In this document: one piece after another, positions 19,370-29,976 of the stretch
How the letters are laid out: the number at the start of each line of letters is the position of its first letter
How positions within the stretch are numbered: the first letter of the stretch is position 1
NCBI GenBank assembly: GCA_024278935.1
Contig: JAJRSF010000045.1
Coordinates: forward strand, 98-64,097
DNA: 64,000 nt
Direction of reading: 5' to 3'
From: Candidatus Zixiibacteriota bacterium
GTDB taxonomy: Bacteria; Zixibacteria; MSB-5A5; GN15; FEB-12
Position numbers and translations under genes: made by a program
Notes under the pieces: model-generated
The model's input: the letters and a program-made list of their open reading frames with translations, nothing else
What the model was told of the DNA's origin: nothing
Databases searched by the model: none

Positions 19370-20890
19370 ATGTATTTTAAATGTATGGAGATGAGAATGG
19401 GGTTTTTTAGATTCCTTTTTTTACTCTTAGCAATAGTAGCTGTTTTCTCGATGAGTGTTGGTGCCAGTGGGTTTGAAATTTCTGGTGTTGGTACAAAAGC
19501 GATGGGAATGGGCGGTGCATATCGTGCTATTGCTGATGATTGGACAGCGGCTTACTATAATCCAGCCGGCTATGCAAAAATATTTGATTCACAGTATGGT
19601 ATTTCGAACGGTTTCTTTCAGTATCGTTACGAATTAACTCCTAATTATTTATGGGATGGTACATACGAAACTGGTCTGTTTAATGACCAGGTAAATTATA
19701 ATGACCATGAGATCCTATCGAACCCATCTGGTGGTTTTGCTACTAGACTTCCTGCTTTTGGTGAAATAGGTGTTGGTTTATCTGTTTTTCAATTGTTTGA
19801 TCAAAACAATTCCTGGAATATTTATGACTTACCTCATACTTATAACGATGTCTTGGTTTTACCTCATGATCAATTTGCGGTAAATCTGGATGTTGTCGCT
19901 TTTCAGTTGACAGTTGCCAAACAGTTTATGGATGACAAACTTTCATTAGGACTTGGACTCCAACTGCTTCGTGCTGATTTACTATATTCAAATGTCTATT
20001 TCAGAGACAATCCATTTTATAGTCCTGATAATACTAATCCTGTTGCTGTTCGTCCTTATGATAAGATTACACAATGGAATAAGAATGATGGTAACGGATA
20101 CGGCTTTGGAATAAACGTTGGTCTTTTATATGACTTCAGCGAAAAATTACATCTTGGTTTAAATGCTCGGGTTCCATTTGCTATTACTCTTACCGGAAAT
20201 GCCGATCTGCAATATTATATGCCGATCGTTTCAGGTATTGATTCCGCAGGTGTTGACGATCCTAACAGTCCGGTCTCTGTCGGTAATTTATTTATTGCCG
20301 GTAATAAAGTTGCAAGCACAGCTGATTTTGAAACAGAGCTTAAATTGCCTACCGCATACGGTTTTGGTATCGCTTATCAGTTTAGTGAAAAATTGTTAGT
20401 CTCATTTGATGCCGAGTATACTTTATGGTCAAACTACGAAGGTTTGAGTTTTGACTATAGTGGTTCTTTCTCTGGTTTCCCTCTCGCAATTACAGACTCA
20501 TCAGAGCTAGTCACTGACTTTTTAACAGCTGACCTTTCAAACTTGGTCGACTGGGAAAATACCGGTAAAGTTTCACTTGGTCTTGCCTATGACTTAAACC
20601 AATATATCACTCTTCTTGGTGGTGGTTCAGCTGACCAATCTCCGGCTCGTTTAAACAATCTTCTTACACCTCAGTTTTTTGATACTGGTGATAAATATAC
20701 ATATAGCGGTGGTTTAATCTGGCATTATAATCAATATGATTTTGGATTTGTAACTACCTATACAACCTATCCTGATTTAAATTCTGCGAAATTAGTAGAT
20801 GCTGATTCAGATGGTTTATTTGATAACATTAACGGTTTATACACGGCTGAAGCCTTCGAAACCGTATTCTCATTTATATATCGGTTTTAA
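19370..20890 (+). CDS. FadL/OmpP1/TodX-family outer-membrane transport protein
   Basis: After the signal peptide comes SGFEISGVGTKAMGMGGAYRAIADDWTAAYYNPAG, the family N-terminal signature. The C terminus is FSFIYRF. The likely true start is ATG 19397, 6 nt after GGAG. Confidence 0.7.
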   Translation: MYFKCMEMRMGFFRFLFLLLAIVAVFSMSVGASGFEISGVGTKAMGMGGAYRAIADDWTAAYYNPAGYAKIFDSQYGISNGFFQYRYELTPNYLWDGTYETGLFNDQVNYNDHEILSNPSGGFATRLPAFGEIGVGLSVFQLFDQNNSWNIYDLPHTYNDVLVLPHDQFAVNLDVVAFQLTVAKQFMDDKLSLGLGLQLLRADLLYSNVYFRDNPFYSPDNTNPVAVRPYDKITQWNKNDGNGYGFGINVGLLYDFSEKLHLGLNARVPFAITLTGNADLQYYMPIVSGIDSAGVDDPNSPVSVGNLFIAGNKVASTADFETELKLPTAYGFGIAYQFSEKLLVSFDAEYTLWSNYEGLSFDYSGSFSGFPLAITDSSELVTDFLTADLSNLVDWENTGKVSLGLAYDLNQYITLLGGGSADQSPARLNNLLTPQFFDTGDKYTYSGGLIWHYNQYDFGFVTTYTTYPDLNSAKLVDADSDGLFDNINGLYTAEAFETVFSFIYRF

Positions 20891-20896
20891 GGAGAT

Positions 20897-22189
20897 ATGA
20901 TGAAACTATATAAAATTATTCTTTTAATTATGTTTTCAACACTCCTTGTCTTTAGTGGTTGTTCCGATAGGGGTGTGAACACAGATGCAAATAAACCTGG
21001 CGAGATAGACGAAGGTTCTCTCGTTGGTAAAATTGGCTCGCATGTTTTTCATCAGGAATTATTGTTTCAAGTAAACAATGAATTCCAACAGATGCGTTTA
21101 TTGGGCTATGCTCCAAAAGTTTCTTTTCCGGATAATGAATTCAGAAGAGTTCCTTTGTTGGTTTTACTAGCCCCTCAAGATGGCGACGAAAATTACTATT
21201 TCCGTCATGGTTTAAAAGAATTAGCCGATGAACTAATTTCTAAAGAGATTATTCAGCCTATGGCAATTCTTTGTGTACCAAGTGACCAATTGTTTGGTGG
21301 ATATTTCTTTGCCGGAAATTCCCCGGCAGCTGGTTTATATGATGACTTAATCGGCGGTGAATTGATTCGCTTTTGTGAAGAAGAATTTATGCCGTTCACT
21401 CTTCGTACAAAAGAAAAAAGAGCTATTGGTGGAATCGGTATGGGTGCCTATGGTGCTTTCAGAGCAGCAATGTTACATGACACAACATTTTCTGCTGTAA
21501 GTGGTATCTCTGGTCCTTTGGACTTTGATGGAACTGATAATAATTCCGGCTTTATTCCATTATTTGGCGATGTATTAGCTGAACAAGGTATAACCGGTCA
21601 AGATCTTCCGTTAAATTATAGCTTCCAAGGTGACTGGCATTTGTCTCGTTTATTTATTGGTGGTGGCTTTGCTTTCTCATCTAATGATACAATGTATGAG
21701 TACCATCCTTCAGTTGTTCAAAATAACTTTTTACGTGTTTTATATGACTTAGACGTTGCGTATTCTTTGGATAATGCTGTATTTCCACTTGACCAAGCCA
21801 TTAGTATCCCAAATTTTGATGAGCTGCCTACTCCATTTGATAATGCTCCGGATATTAGACATCGCTTTTATCTTCCATTTGATAACGCAGGTAATATTGT
21901 AACTCCTGTATGGGACCTTTGGTTGAATAATAACCTTCCGAACATTTTTGCAAATCACGCAAATGCGTTTGATGGTGTGAATATTTGGATTGGTAATTCA
22001 AGTGAAACAACTTTTGGTAATTATTATGACCAGACAAATTCATGGTCATCTACTTTGAAGACAGCCGGAGTTTCTGTGACTAACTTTGATCTAGTCGGCT
22101 ACGATGGACATCCTGCTGACAAAGATCAGTATCTCTATGACTATCTTCGTGAATTGTTGATTTTCCATTCTGATAATTTTGGAAACTAG
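20897..22189 (+). CDS. Esterase-D-like (alpha/beta hydrolase) lipoprotein lacking the nucleophile serine
   Basis: Lipobox-like LVFSGCSD. The segment VPLLVLLAPQDGDENYY...KRAIGGIGMGAYGAFRAAMLHDTTFSAVSGISGPL aligns to the putative-esterase family. GIGMG replaces G-x-S-x-G, with Gly at codon 21437-21439. Confidence 0.55.
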   Translation: MMKLYKIILLIMFSTLLVFSGCSDRGVNTDANKPGEIDEGSLVGKIGSHVFHQELLFQVNNEFQQMRLLGYAPKVSFPDNEFRRVPLLVLLAPQDGDENYYFRHGLKELADELISKEIIQPMAILCVPSDQLFGGYFFAGNSPAAGLYDDLIGGELIRFCEEEFMPFTLRTKEKRAIGGIGMGAYGAFRAAMLHDTTFSAVSGISGPLDFDGTDNNSGFIPLFGDVLAEQGITGQDLPLNYSFQGDWHLSRLFIGGGFAFSSNDTMYEYHPSVVQNNFLRVLYDLDVAYSLDNAVFPLDQAISIPNFDELPTPFDNAPDIRHRFYLPFDNAGNIVTPVWDLWLNNNLPNIFANHANAFDGVNIWIGNSSETTFGNYYDQTNSWSSTLKTAGVSVTNFDLVGYDGHPADKDQYLYDYLRELLIFHSDNFGN

Positions 22190-22211
22190 TTTATTGTAAT
22201 AAATTTTAAGA

Positions 22212-22243
22212 ACCCGGGTGATGTAAATCGTCCGGGTTTTTTT
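22212..22243 (+). terminator. Rho-independent terminator
   Basis: ACCCGG...CCGGGT hairpin followed by TTTTTTT. Confidence 0.65.
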
Positions 22244-22260
22244 AGATAGGGATTGGTACG

Positions 22261-22965
22261 ATGACATATGATTTATTATCTATAGGTGCGCACCCGGACG
22301 ATGTAGAAGTTGGGACCGGCGGGGTTTTAATCGATCAGCAAAAAAGAGGGAAAAAAACAGGTATCGTTATTCTTACCGAAGGTGAGATGGGTACCGGTGG
22401 AACGGCTGAGATTAGATCGGAAGAAATCAAAGATGCTGCTCAAATCATGGGTACCGATGTTGTCCAAGTTTTCAACTGGGGTGATACAAAACTAGAAGAC
22501 AGCTATGCCCATCGTTTAGAACTTGCCAGAGTTATCCGTAGGTGTCGTCCTAAGATTCTATTGGCACCATATCCACATGTTGGACACGGACGCAGACAGT
22601 CGCATCCTGACCATGTTGCTTCGGGTATCATAGCTATCAATGCTGCCAACCTTGCTGCCTTAAAAAAAATTGATATTGAAGGCGAACCTCATTTGGTTAC
22701 TCGTATATTTCATTATTTTTTACCTCCTCAAGTATTACCAAATTTTGTTGTCGATATAACACCACATTATGATCAGTGGATTAAAGCACTCTCGGCGCAT
22801 CGTTAACCATTTTTAAATCCCAAAAAATCGAACGATTATATAGAGCATCTAACTGCGATGTCACGGTCATTTGGCTTACAAGCACGCTGTAAGTATGCTC
22901 AGGGCTTTTATGCGGTGGAACCTATCTTAATCAAAGATATCATGTCGCTTGCCGACGAGCAGTAG
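22261..22965 (+). pseudogene. PIG-L/LmbE-family N-acetylglucosaminyl deacetylase interrupted by one in-frame TAA
   Basis: Motifs LSIGAHPDDVEVGTGG and HPDH are present. The TAA at 22804-22806 falls where the family has (S/Q) of H-x-S-Q-F. The same frame continues for 52 codons through the conserved C-terminal ...GLQARCKYAQGFYAVEP to TAG at 22963-22965. Confidence 0.75.
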
Positions 22966-22974
22966 CGAGGCAGT

Positions 22975-23736
22975 TTATTTCTTCTGCACGATAGCACAAA
23001 CCCGATACGAATCTCGAGTTACATTTTCAAAAGTATTACAATTATAGAACCCTTTAATTTGAAAGCCGGATGCTTTTAAAAGTTTTTTGATTGTTGTGTT
23101 GCTGTATCCTTTTTCATAATGTGTTTCATCAAACCGCTCCCAAACCTTTCCTTTCTTTTTAAAAAATGTCGCATGGCAGGATGCTTTTTTTTCTTTTGTG
23201 TCATATTCGTTTTCCCATACCCATGCCATTGTATCTTTGACTCCCGCATAAACCTGTTCATCCCATATAGTTTTTAAGGCAAGCGGTGTATTCATGTCAA
23301 AGATAAACCAACCATCTTTGTGCAGATGTTGATAGACCGATTTAAATGCTGTTGCTAAATCTTTTTCAGTCAGCATATAGTTTAGAGAATCATAAAAAGA
23401 GGTAACCAAATCAAACTGTACAATTTTTTGAGAGTCATGTAAATCGAGTAGTCTAAATTTGGGAAGAGATTTCTGGTACAACTTTACTTTCAGTTTTTTT
23501 GTTTTCTTGGCAGTGATAGCAAGCATCTCGGCAGACTGGTCAAGCCCTGACATTTTAATGCTTAATTTTTCAAAAGCACTGATTGCCGATCCGGTTCCAC
23601 AACAAAGGTCTAATCCAACAGATGGTTTGATAGAAAATCTCTTAAAAATTTTCGTGCAATAAGGAACCATTCGTTTAGAATGCAAGTCGGCATCCATCTG
23701 GTCATAGACAAGAGCAAATTTTTTATAGATAGGCAT
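22975..23736 (-). CDS. Class I SAM-dependent methyltransferase
   Basis: 253 aa with motif I (VGLDLCCGTGS) and the usual acidic residue after beta-2 (GLDQS). Confidence 0.75.
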   Translation of the reverse strand: MPIYKKFALVYDQMDADLHSKRMVPYCTKIFKRFSIKPSVGLDLCCGTGSAISAFEKLSIKMSGLDQSAEMLAITAKKTKKLKVKLYQKSLPKFRLLDLHDSQKIVQFDLVTSFYDSLNYMLTEKDLATAFKSVYQHLHKDGWFIFDMNTPLALKTIWDEQVYAGVKDTMAWVWENEYDTKEKKASCHATFFKKKGKVWERFDETHYEKGYSNTTIKKLLKASGFQIKGFYNCNTFENVTRDSYRVCAIVQKK

Positions 23737-23892
23737 ATTTAAATCCTAAGAGTTTTTAGTTTGACTTTTACACACAATTCCATCTTACATAATGTAGCAC
23801 ACGATTTTTATGAATAAAGCAAAAAATGATAAGTATATATATTAGAAAATCAAAAAGATATTTTTTGATCATTTAAGGAAGGAGTTATCATA

Positions 23893-24321
23893 ATGCCTGA
23901 TATAGTTTGGATTTGGTTAGTCGCATTTGTAATTTTTCTCATACTGGAAGTGCTGACCCCATCGATGATTTTTATCGGTTTTTCAATTTCCGCTTTAGTA
24001 AGTGGAGCTTTTGCTTATTTTTCGCCTGAAAGCTATTACTGGCAGATAGGTATTTTTGTCGTTGTCTCTGCGATTCTCTTACCATTGACTCGTAAGTTGG
24101 CAAAAAAAATTACAAAAGAATCGCCACAAATTGTCAACGTTGACGCTTTAATCGGTAAAACCGGAATAGTTCTGAAATTGATTGATGGCGGTATAGCCGG
24201 ACAAGTACAGATTAATGGCGAAGTATGGCGTGCTGTTGCGGATGAAAAAATTAATGAAAATGAAAAAGTAACAATTCTAAAAGTTTCCGGTACCACGGTG
24301 ACTGTTGAGAAAAAATCATAG
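23893..24321 (+). CDS. NfeD-family membrane protein
   Basis: 142 aa with N-terminal TM helices and a C-terminal OB-like domain (GKTGIVLK...GQVQINGEVWRAV). It lies immediately upstream of an SPFH gene, the classic NfeD-stomatin pair. Confidence 0.85.
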   Translation: MPDIVWIWLVAFVIFLILEVLTPSMIFIGFSISALVSGAFAYFSPESYYWQIGIFVVVSAILLPLTRKLAKKITKESPQIVNVDALIGKTGIVLKLIDGGIAGQVQINGEVWRAVADEKINENEKVTILKVSGTTVTVEKKS

Positions 24322-24335
24322 AAGGGAGTTTTAAT

Positions 24336-25280
24336 ATGAACCCACAAATATTATTATTTTTAGGAGTTGCCGTTGTCTTAGTATTTATGTTGGCAGTTTT
24401 TTCCATTCGGATTATCCGTCCTTTTGAAAAAGGATTAGTCGAAAGGCTTGGAAAATTCCAACGAATATTAGAACCGGGATTAAATTTAATTATGCCGTTT
24501 ATGGATACTGTCTTAAAAGTTGATATGCGCGAAGTTGTTTTGGACGTACCACCACAGATGGTAATTACTCGTGACAATGTAAATGTCGAAGTCGACTGTG
24601 TTGTCTATGCCCAGGTAACTGACCCGTTTCGTTCACGATATGAAATTTCAAACTATATCTTGGCAGCAACAAAACTTGCTCAGACAAATCTGAGAAATGT
24701 GATTGGTGAACTTGATTTAGATGCATGTCTAACATCAAGAGATGAAATCAACGGACAGCTTCGTGATGTTTTAGATACTGCGACTGACAAATGGGGTGTC
24801 AAAGTGAATCGTGTAGAGCTACAGCGTATTGACCCACCTCGTGACATTACCGAAGCGATGAGTCGTCAGATGAAAGCCGAGCGTGATAAGCGTGCTGCAA
24901 TTTTAGAAGCAGAAGGTCTTAAGCAGGCAGAGATTACAAAAGCGGAAGGTCATAAACGATCACAGATTTTAGATGCTGAAGGGTTCGCTGCAGCAGTAAA
25001 AACAAAAGCTGATGCCGAGAAATATAAAAAGATTACCGTCGCGCAGGGTGAAGGTGAAGCAATCTTGACCGTCTTTAACTCAATTCATGAAGGGAAACCT
25101 GATAATGAATTGATAACGTTGAAGTATCTTGAGATGCTACCAAAGCTTGCTGAGGGAGATGCCAACAAAATCTTTATGCCGTATGAAGCAAGCGGGATTA
25201 TCTCATCACTCGCTGTGATGGTAGAGGGTGTCAAAGATCCTGCCAAGGCACCAAAAAAGCCGATAGAGACGAATCTCTAA
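24336..25280 (+). CDS. SPFH/band-7 (stomatin-like) protein
   Basis: 314 aa with an N-terminal TM helix, an SPFH core (IRIIRPFEKGLVERLGKF...TRDNVNVEVDCVVYAQV) and a coiled-coil A/E/K-rich tail. Confidence 0.9.
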   Translation: MNPQILLFLGVAVVLVFMLAVFSIRIIRPFEKGLVERLGKFQRILEPGLNLIMPFMDTVLKVDMREVVLDVPPQMVITRDNVNVEVDCVVYAQVTDPFRSRYEISNYILAATKLAQTNLRNVIGELDLDACLTSRDEINGQLRDVLDTATDKWGVKVNRVELQRIDPPRDITEAMSRQMKAERDKRAAILEAEGLKQAEITKAEGHKRSQILDAEGFAAAVKTKADAEKYKKITVAQGEGEAILTVFNSIHEGKPDNELITLKYLEMLPKLAEGDANKIFMPYEASGIISSLAVMVEGVKDPAKAPKKPIETNL

Positions 25281-25301
25281 AAGTTACTAAAAATTTGCAA
25301 T

Positions 25302-25337
25302 AAAAAAACCGGACTTTCACAAGTCCGGTTTTTTTTA
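25302..25337. terminator. Bidirectional rho-independent terminator
   Basis: Hairpin ACCGGACTT-TCAC-AAGTCCGGT between an A-run and a T-run. Confidence 0.8.
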
Positions 25338-25346
25338 GTAATATAT

Positions 25347-27446
25347 TTAAACTTTGAACTGCTCGACTATCGATTTGAGTTCTTCTGCTTGCTGACTTAA
25401 TGTTCCGGCAGCTTGTGAAGATTCTTCGGCACCTTTTGCGGTTTCTTTTGAGACTGTGCTGATTTGTTCGACCGAGTGTGAGATCTCTTCGGCAGCAACA
25501 GATTGTTCTTCAGTTGCTGTTGCAATCTGATGAATCATATCAGTTAACCTTTGAGCCATTTGAATGATTTCATTAAGAGAATTTCCAGCAGTATCTGTCA
25601 GCTCTCTTCCTGTATCAACTTCTTTGATACCTGCTTCCATTGAAGTGACTGCTTCATTTGTTTCCGATTGAATGCCTTGAATCATCTGTGTAATTTCACC
25701 GGTTGCTTTGCCGGTGCGTTCAGCAAGTTTGCGAACTTCATCGGCAACAACAGCAAATCCACGACCTTGTTCGCCGGCACGGGCAGCTTCGATAGCAGCG
25801 TTTAGGGCAAGGAGATTTGTCTGGTCGGCGATATCGTCAATGACTGAAATAATCTCACCAATTTTTTCAGCAGACTTGGCAAGTTTTTCAATCGACTGTG
25901 CCGATTGACTTACAACTTCTGTTATGCGATGCATTCCTTGAATCGTTTCCGAAATAATTTCACCACCTTTACCGGCGGTATCCGATGATTCTTTAGAAAC
26001 ATTGTTTGCTTCGCTTGTGTTATTTGAAGTCTCAACTATAGTAGCTGTCATTTCTTCAATAGCAGTAGAAACTTGCATAACTTGATCTGATTGAACAACT
26101 ACCCCTTTGGTCATCTGTTCAGCGTTAGATGCAATTTCTGTAGCAGCAGCAGCAACTTGGTTTGTATTCTCGTTTAACCTTTGAACGATTTCTCTTAGGT
26201 TCAAAGTCATTTGGTTCAGAGAATTTCCTATTTTATTTTTTGAATCTAAAGTCATTTCGATAGCACTAACAAGTATACCAATTTCATCTTTTGAATCTAT
26301 CCCAGTAGATTTTATTTCAGACTGTGAAATGTTTTGTGTGAGATCATTTGTGGCGATAGCATCTACAACTCCAACAAATGATTCAAATTCATTATTCATC
26401 TTGCGTGTAAGTTCAACAACGACAGAGATAGGTTTTGTAATTCCTGTAATGATAAAAAATGTTAAGAATAAGGCGACAATAATTAAAATAGAAGAAATAG
26501 TTATTGAAAAATAAAGTGAGCTTTGTGCATTATTGTAATGTTCTTGAGCATTTGCCAGAAGTTGTTTAGAACTTTCATCTTCAATTTTTTTTAGGAGATT
26601 AATTTTTTTAGTAATTGTTGAGAACCAATAGGTAGCTTCGATATCAAAGCCACCTGTAGTAGCATTATCAAAAGCAACTTTACGAAGCCGTTCAACTTCG
26701 ACAACATCGGGACCTTGTAATGTATTATTAGAATATGTGATAAGTTCTTCGGATGCGAGAGTTTTAAAAGCATCGGCATAGGCGTTTTGTTCTGTAATGA
26801 GTTGAATCAATTTCTGATACATGCCCGGTCCAAATGAATCGGCTGCAAATGTGTTACTTAATACAGCTCTCTCAATACCAGCCCTTTCTTTTGATTTTAA
26901 AAAATTGGTATATGATTCTGCTCTGTTTGAAATATCAGCTATCGAACTTAATTTTGCAATTTCTCCAATAGCACTTAGTACTTGATTATTAAATTTTGTA
27001 TAATAACCAATTGCTTCTTTTGCTGGTATATTAAGTGAAGATACTCTTGACCTTATAGAATTCATTTTATCTAACTGTGTGAGAGCATCATTTACATTGT
27101 TTCTAAAAGTAGGGCTGTACAATGAAAGGTCCATCTGTCTCATAAATTCATTCAGCTCTTGTTTTTTATTGTCGGTGTTCTTCCGTTGTGCCGGGAGTTC
27201 TGAGACAAACTTTGTACCTTTGCTTCCGAGAAAGCCTGCTGTGGCTCCTCGTTCTTTTTGTGTTTCATGAACGAGAGAACTTGCTTTGACCGCAAATTCT
27301 GATAAAGTTTTTACATCGCTCATTTCGTTTGATAATTGATTCTTGTCTCCTATTTCATTTACTGAAAAATACAGCAAACCAATAATTGGGATAAGTACTA
27401 AAATTAGAAGTTTATTTCTAACCTTGATGTTTTGTAATAGATCCAT
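25347..27446 (-). CDS. Methyl-accepting chemotaxis protein with a periplasmic NIT (nitrate/nitrite-sensing type) domain (MCP1)
   Basis: 699 aa. NIT signatures are [19 protein letters not shown]...L..QRK.TD and [15 protein letters not shown]. These are followed by a TM helix, HAMP, and an MA domain with [41 protein letters not shown]. Confidence 0.9.
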   Translation of the reverse strand: MDLLQNIKVRNKLLILVLIPIIGLLYFSVNEIGDKNQLSNEMSDVKTLSEFAVKASSLVHETQKERGATAGFLGSKGTKFVSELPAQRKNTDNKKQELNEFMRQMDLSLYSPTFRNNVNDALTQLDKMNSIRSRVSSLNIPAKEAIGYYTKFNNQVLSAIGEIAKLSSIADISNRAESYTNFLKSKERAGIERAVLSNTFAADSFGPGMYQKLIQLITEQNAYADAFKTLASEELITYSNNTLQGPDVVEVERLRKVAFDNATTGGFDIEATYWFSTITKKINLLKKIEDESSKQLLANAQEHYNNAQSSLYFSITISSILIIVALFLTFFIITGITKPISVVVELTRKMNNEFESFVGVVDAIATNDLTQNISQSEIKSTGIDSKDEIGILVSAIEMTLDSKNKIGNSLNQMTLNLREIVQRLNENTNQVAAAATEIASNAEQMTKGVVVQSDQVMQVSTAIEEMTATIVETSNNTSEANNVSKESSDTAGKGGEIISETIQGMHRITEVVSQSAQSIEKLAKSAEKIGEIISVIDDIADQTNLLALNAAIEAARAGEQGRGFAVVADEVRKLAERTGKATGEITQMIQGIQSETNEAVTSMEAGIKEVDTGRELTDTAGNSLNEIIQMAQRLTDMIHQIATATEEQSVAAEEISHSVEQISTVSKETAKGAEESSQAAGTLSQQAEELKSIVEQFKV

Positions 27447-27512
27447 GAGAGCCCTTCTCTTTTTATGATAATTTGACTTTTAAATCATGTCTAAATGTAT
27501 CTTATATGCAAT

Positions 27513-27538
27513 ATATCGGCTGGTTAGTTAATTTTTTA
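27513..27538 (-). promoter_or_regulatory. Sigma-28 (FliA)-type promoter of MCP1
   Basis: The minus strand reads TAAA-N14-GCCGATAT (consensus TAAA-N15-GCCGATAA), about 67 nt upstream of the start codon. Confidence 0.6.
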
Positions 27539-27570
27539 ATAGACTAAAGGGATTAAAATGGTAGATAATA

Positions 27571-27600
27571 AAAAAGCCGGATAATAGGTTATCCGGCTTA
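27571..27600 (-). terminator. Rho-independent terminator of MCP2
   Basis: Hairpin AGCCGGATAA-TAGG-TTATCCGGCT with a T-run on the minus strand. It is a near-identical copy of the terminator at 29896-29924. Confidence 0.8.
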
Positions 27601-27647
27601 AAGACATATAGTGATGACAATAAAGTTTTAGAGAAATAAAATTCTGT

Positions 27648-29756
27648 TCAAACTTTGAACTTAGAAATCTCTGCCTTGAGATTTTCAGCTTGATGGCTGA
27701 GATCTTCCGACGCAACGGCAGCTTCTTCAGCTCCTTTTGCATTTTCAATGGTGATGTTAGATATATTGTCAATATTTTTAGCAATTTCTTCCGAGGCAGC
27801 TGTCTGTTGCTCTGAGGCAATAGCAATTTGCTGGATCATATTCATAACAGATTCTGACATAGTTACAATTTCAGAAAGTGAATTACCGGCTCTATCGGTA
27901 AGTTCTCGTCCGGCGTCAACTTCCGTAATACCTGACTCCATAGAACCAACAGCTTCGCTGGTTTCTTGCTGGATTCCTTTAATCATCTTTGTAATTTCAC
28001 CTGTTGCTTTCCCGGTACGTTCGGCAAGTTTTCGAACTTCGTCGGCGACAACGGCAAAGCCTCGTCCTTGTTCACCGGCACGGGCAGCTTCGATAGCAGC
28101 GTTTAAAGCAAGTAGATTAGTTTGGTCTGCGATGTCGTCGATAACTCCAATAATTTCACCAATTTTATCAGCTGAATGTGCCAGTTTGCCAATAGACTCT
28201 GCCGATTCACTTACCACATTTGCTATTTTTTGCATGCCGGTTATTGTTTCAGAAACAATTTGTCCACCTTCGGTAGCTGATTGTGCGGCTGATTGTGCTG
28301 ACTGACTTGCGTCGGCTGAATTACTTGTAGACTCAACAATTGTTGCAGTTATTTCTTCTATGGCAGTTGAAACCTGTCCAACCATGCTTGATTGTTCTTT
28401 AGAACCTTTTGACATCATGTCTGAAGATGCTGAGATTTCTAATGCGGCTGCGGCTAATTTATCAGCGTCATCATTTAAGTGAATAATTAAATTAGAGAGA
28501 TTTGATGTCATCTTGACAAATGAATGTCCAAGAATATCATGTTCAGATTTTGGCTCGATTTTGTAAGTTAAGTCACCATCTGCGATATGTTCAGAAGCGG
28601 TTGCGATCTCTTTAATGTACGCAATCATCGAACGGAAAGATGCGGCTAGCCTGCCAATTTCATCTTTTGAATCAATATTGATTTCATGGCTAAGTTCTCC
28701 GGCTGAAATATATTCAGCAATTTTAGCAATCTCTTTGACAGGTCCTGTAATACTTTTTGTAAAATACCATACGGATACAACAGTAAGAAGTAAAATAAAT
28801 ACAGAGAGCATAATTGTTGTAGTAAGAGCCTGTTGGGCTACAGAGTATAAGTCATCAGCACTTGCTATCAAGTTTGCAGAGATTCTGTCTTCAACATTTT
28901 TTAAGAGATTTATTCTTGCTGTTGATGTTGTAAACCAATACGATGCGTCGATTCCAAAGTTACCAGAGTTAACATTGTCAATTGCAACTTTTCTCATACG
29001 CTTAACTTCATCAACTGCATCTCCTTGAACCGTTCTATTGTAAATTTCAATCTCATCTTGAGAGGCGAGTGAATTAAAAACATTGATGTATGATTCTTGT
29101 TGTGATTTAATATCTATAAATTTGGCAAAGAACCCTTCAGGGAATTTATCTAAAGCAAAAACATTACTTAACACTGCTCGTTCGATACCGGCACGTTCTT
29201 TACTTTTTAAGTAATTCAAATATGCCGATGCTTGAGAATAAATATTAACATCTTGGTTAAGTTTTGGAATTTCACCAATAGCATCTAAGATTTGATTGTT
29301 TAATGATGTGTAGTATCCGATAGCTTCTTTGCCGGTTATCGTTTGGCTACTAACCGATGAACGGATTTTTTGTAATTGAGCGAGTTGGCTTAAAGAGCTA
29401 TTCATTTCAGTGGCGAATTGTGAACCATATTCTGAAGCATCAAAATTTTCTAGAAATTGTTTTAGTTCAACATGCTTTTTGTCGGTTTATTTTCTTTGAG
29501 CTTTTAATTCAGCAGAAAATCTTTCACCTTTGCTTCCGAGAAATACAGCGGTCGTGCCACGTTCTTTTTGAGTTTCGTGAACAAGAGTAGAAAATTTTAC
29601 AGCTGCAGCTACAAGCTCAGTTGTTTGTCCCATTTGTTCAGCTTGATCCATTTTTTCAAGGACTTTTTCACAGGAAAAGTAGATGATTCCCAAAATCGGC
29701 AACAAAATCATTATGAATAATTTTGTCTTGATGCTGATGTTTTGTAATGCTTTCAC
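27648..29756 (-). pseudogene. NIT-domain methyl-accepting chemotaxis protein interrupted by one in-frame TAA (MCP2)
   Basis: Track ORFs 29487-29828 and 27648-29405 are in the same frame, separated by the TAA at 29489-29487. The junction reads [19 protein letters not shown], against [19 protein letters not shown] in MCP1. The likely start is GTG 29756 (VKALQNISIK) behind AGGAG. Confidence 0.8.
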
Positions 29757-29840
29757 AGGTGCTCCTAACATAAAATAAGTATTTAATATTATTAGCCCCA
29801 AAATGTAAAATGACTGGCTTTCAGTCACTACTACTAAATT

Positions 29841-29867
29841 TAATCGACAATATGAAAAGGAACTTTA
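29841..29867 (-). promoter_or_regulatory. Sigma-28 (FliA)-type promoter of MCP2
   Basis: The minus strand reads TAAA-N15-GTCGATTA, about 85 nt upstream of the GTG start. Confidence 0.6.
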
Positions 29868-29895
29868 GTGGAGTTTGTCAATCTATGATAATAAT

Positions 29896-29924
29896 AAAAA
29901 GCCGGATAAATACTTATCCGGCTT
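29896..29924 (-). terminator. Rho-independent terminator of MCP3
   Basis: Hairpin AGCCGGATAA-ATAC-TTATCCGGCT with a T-run on the minus strand. Confidence 0.8.
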
Positions 29925-29976
29925 AAAGATATAAACGATAGTTTAATGTTATACTACTGATAGTTCAAAACCCTGT

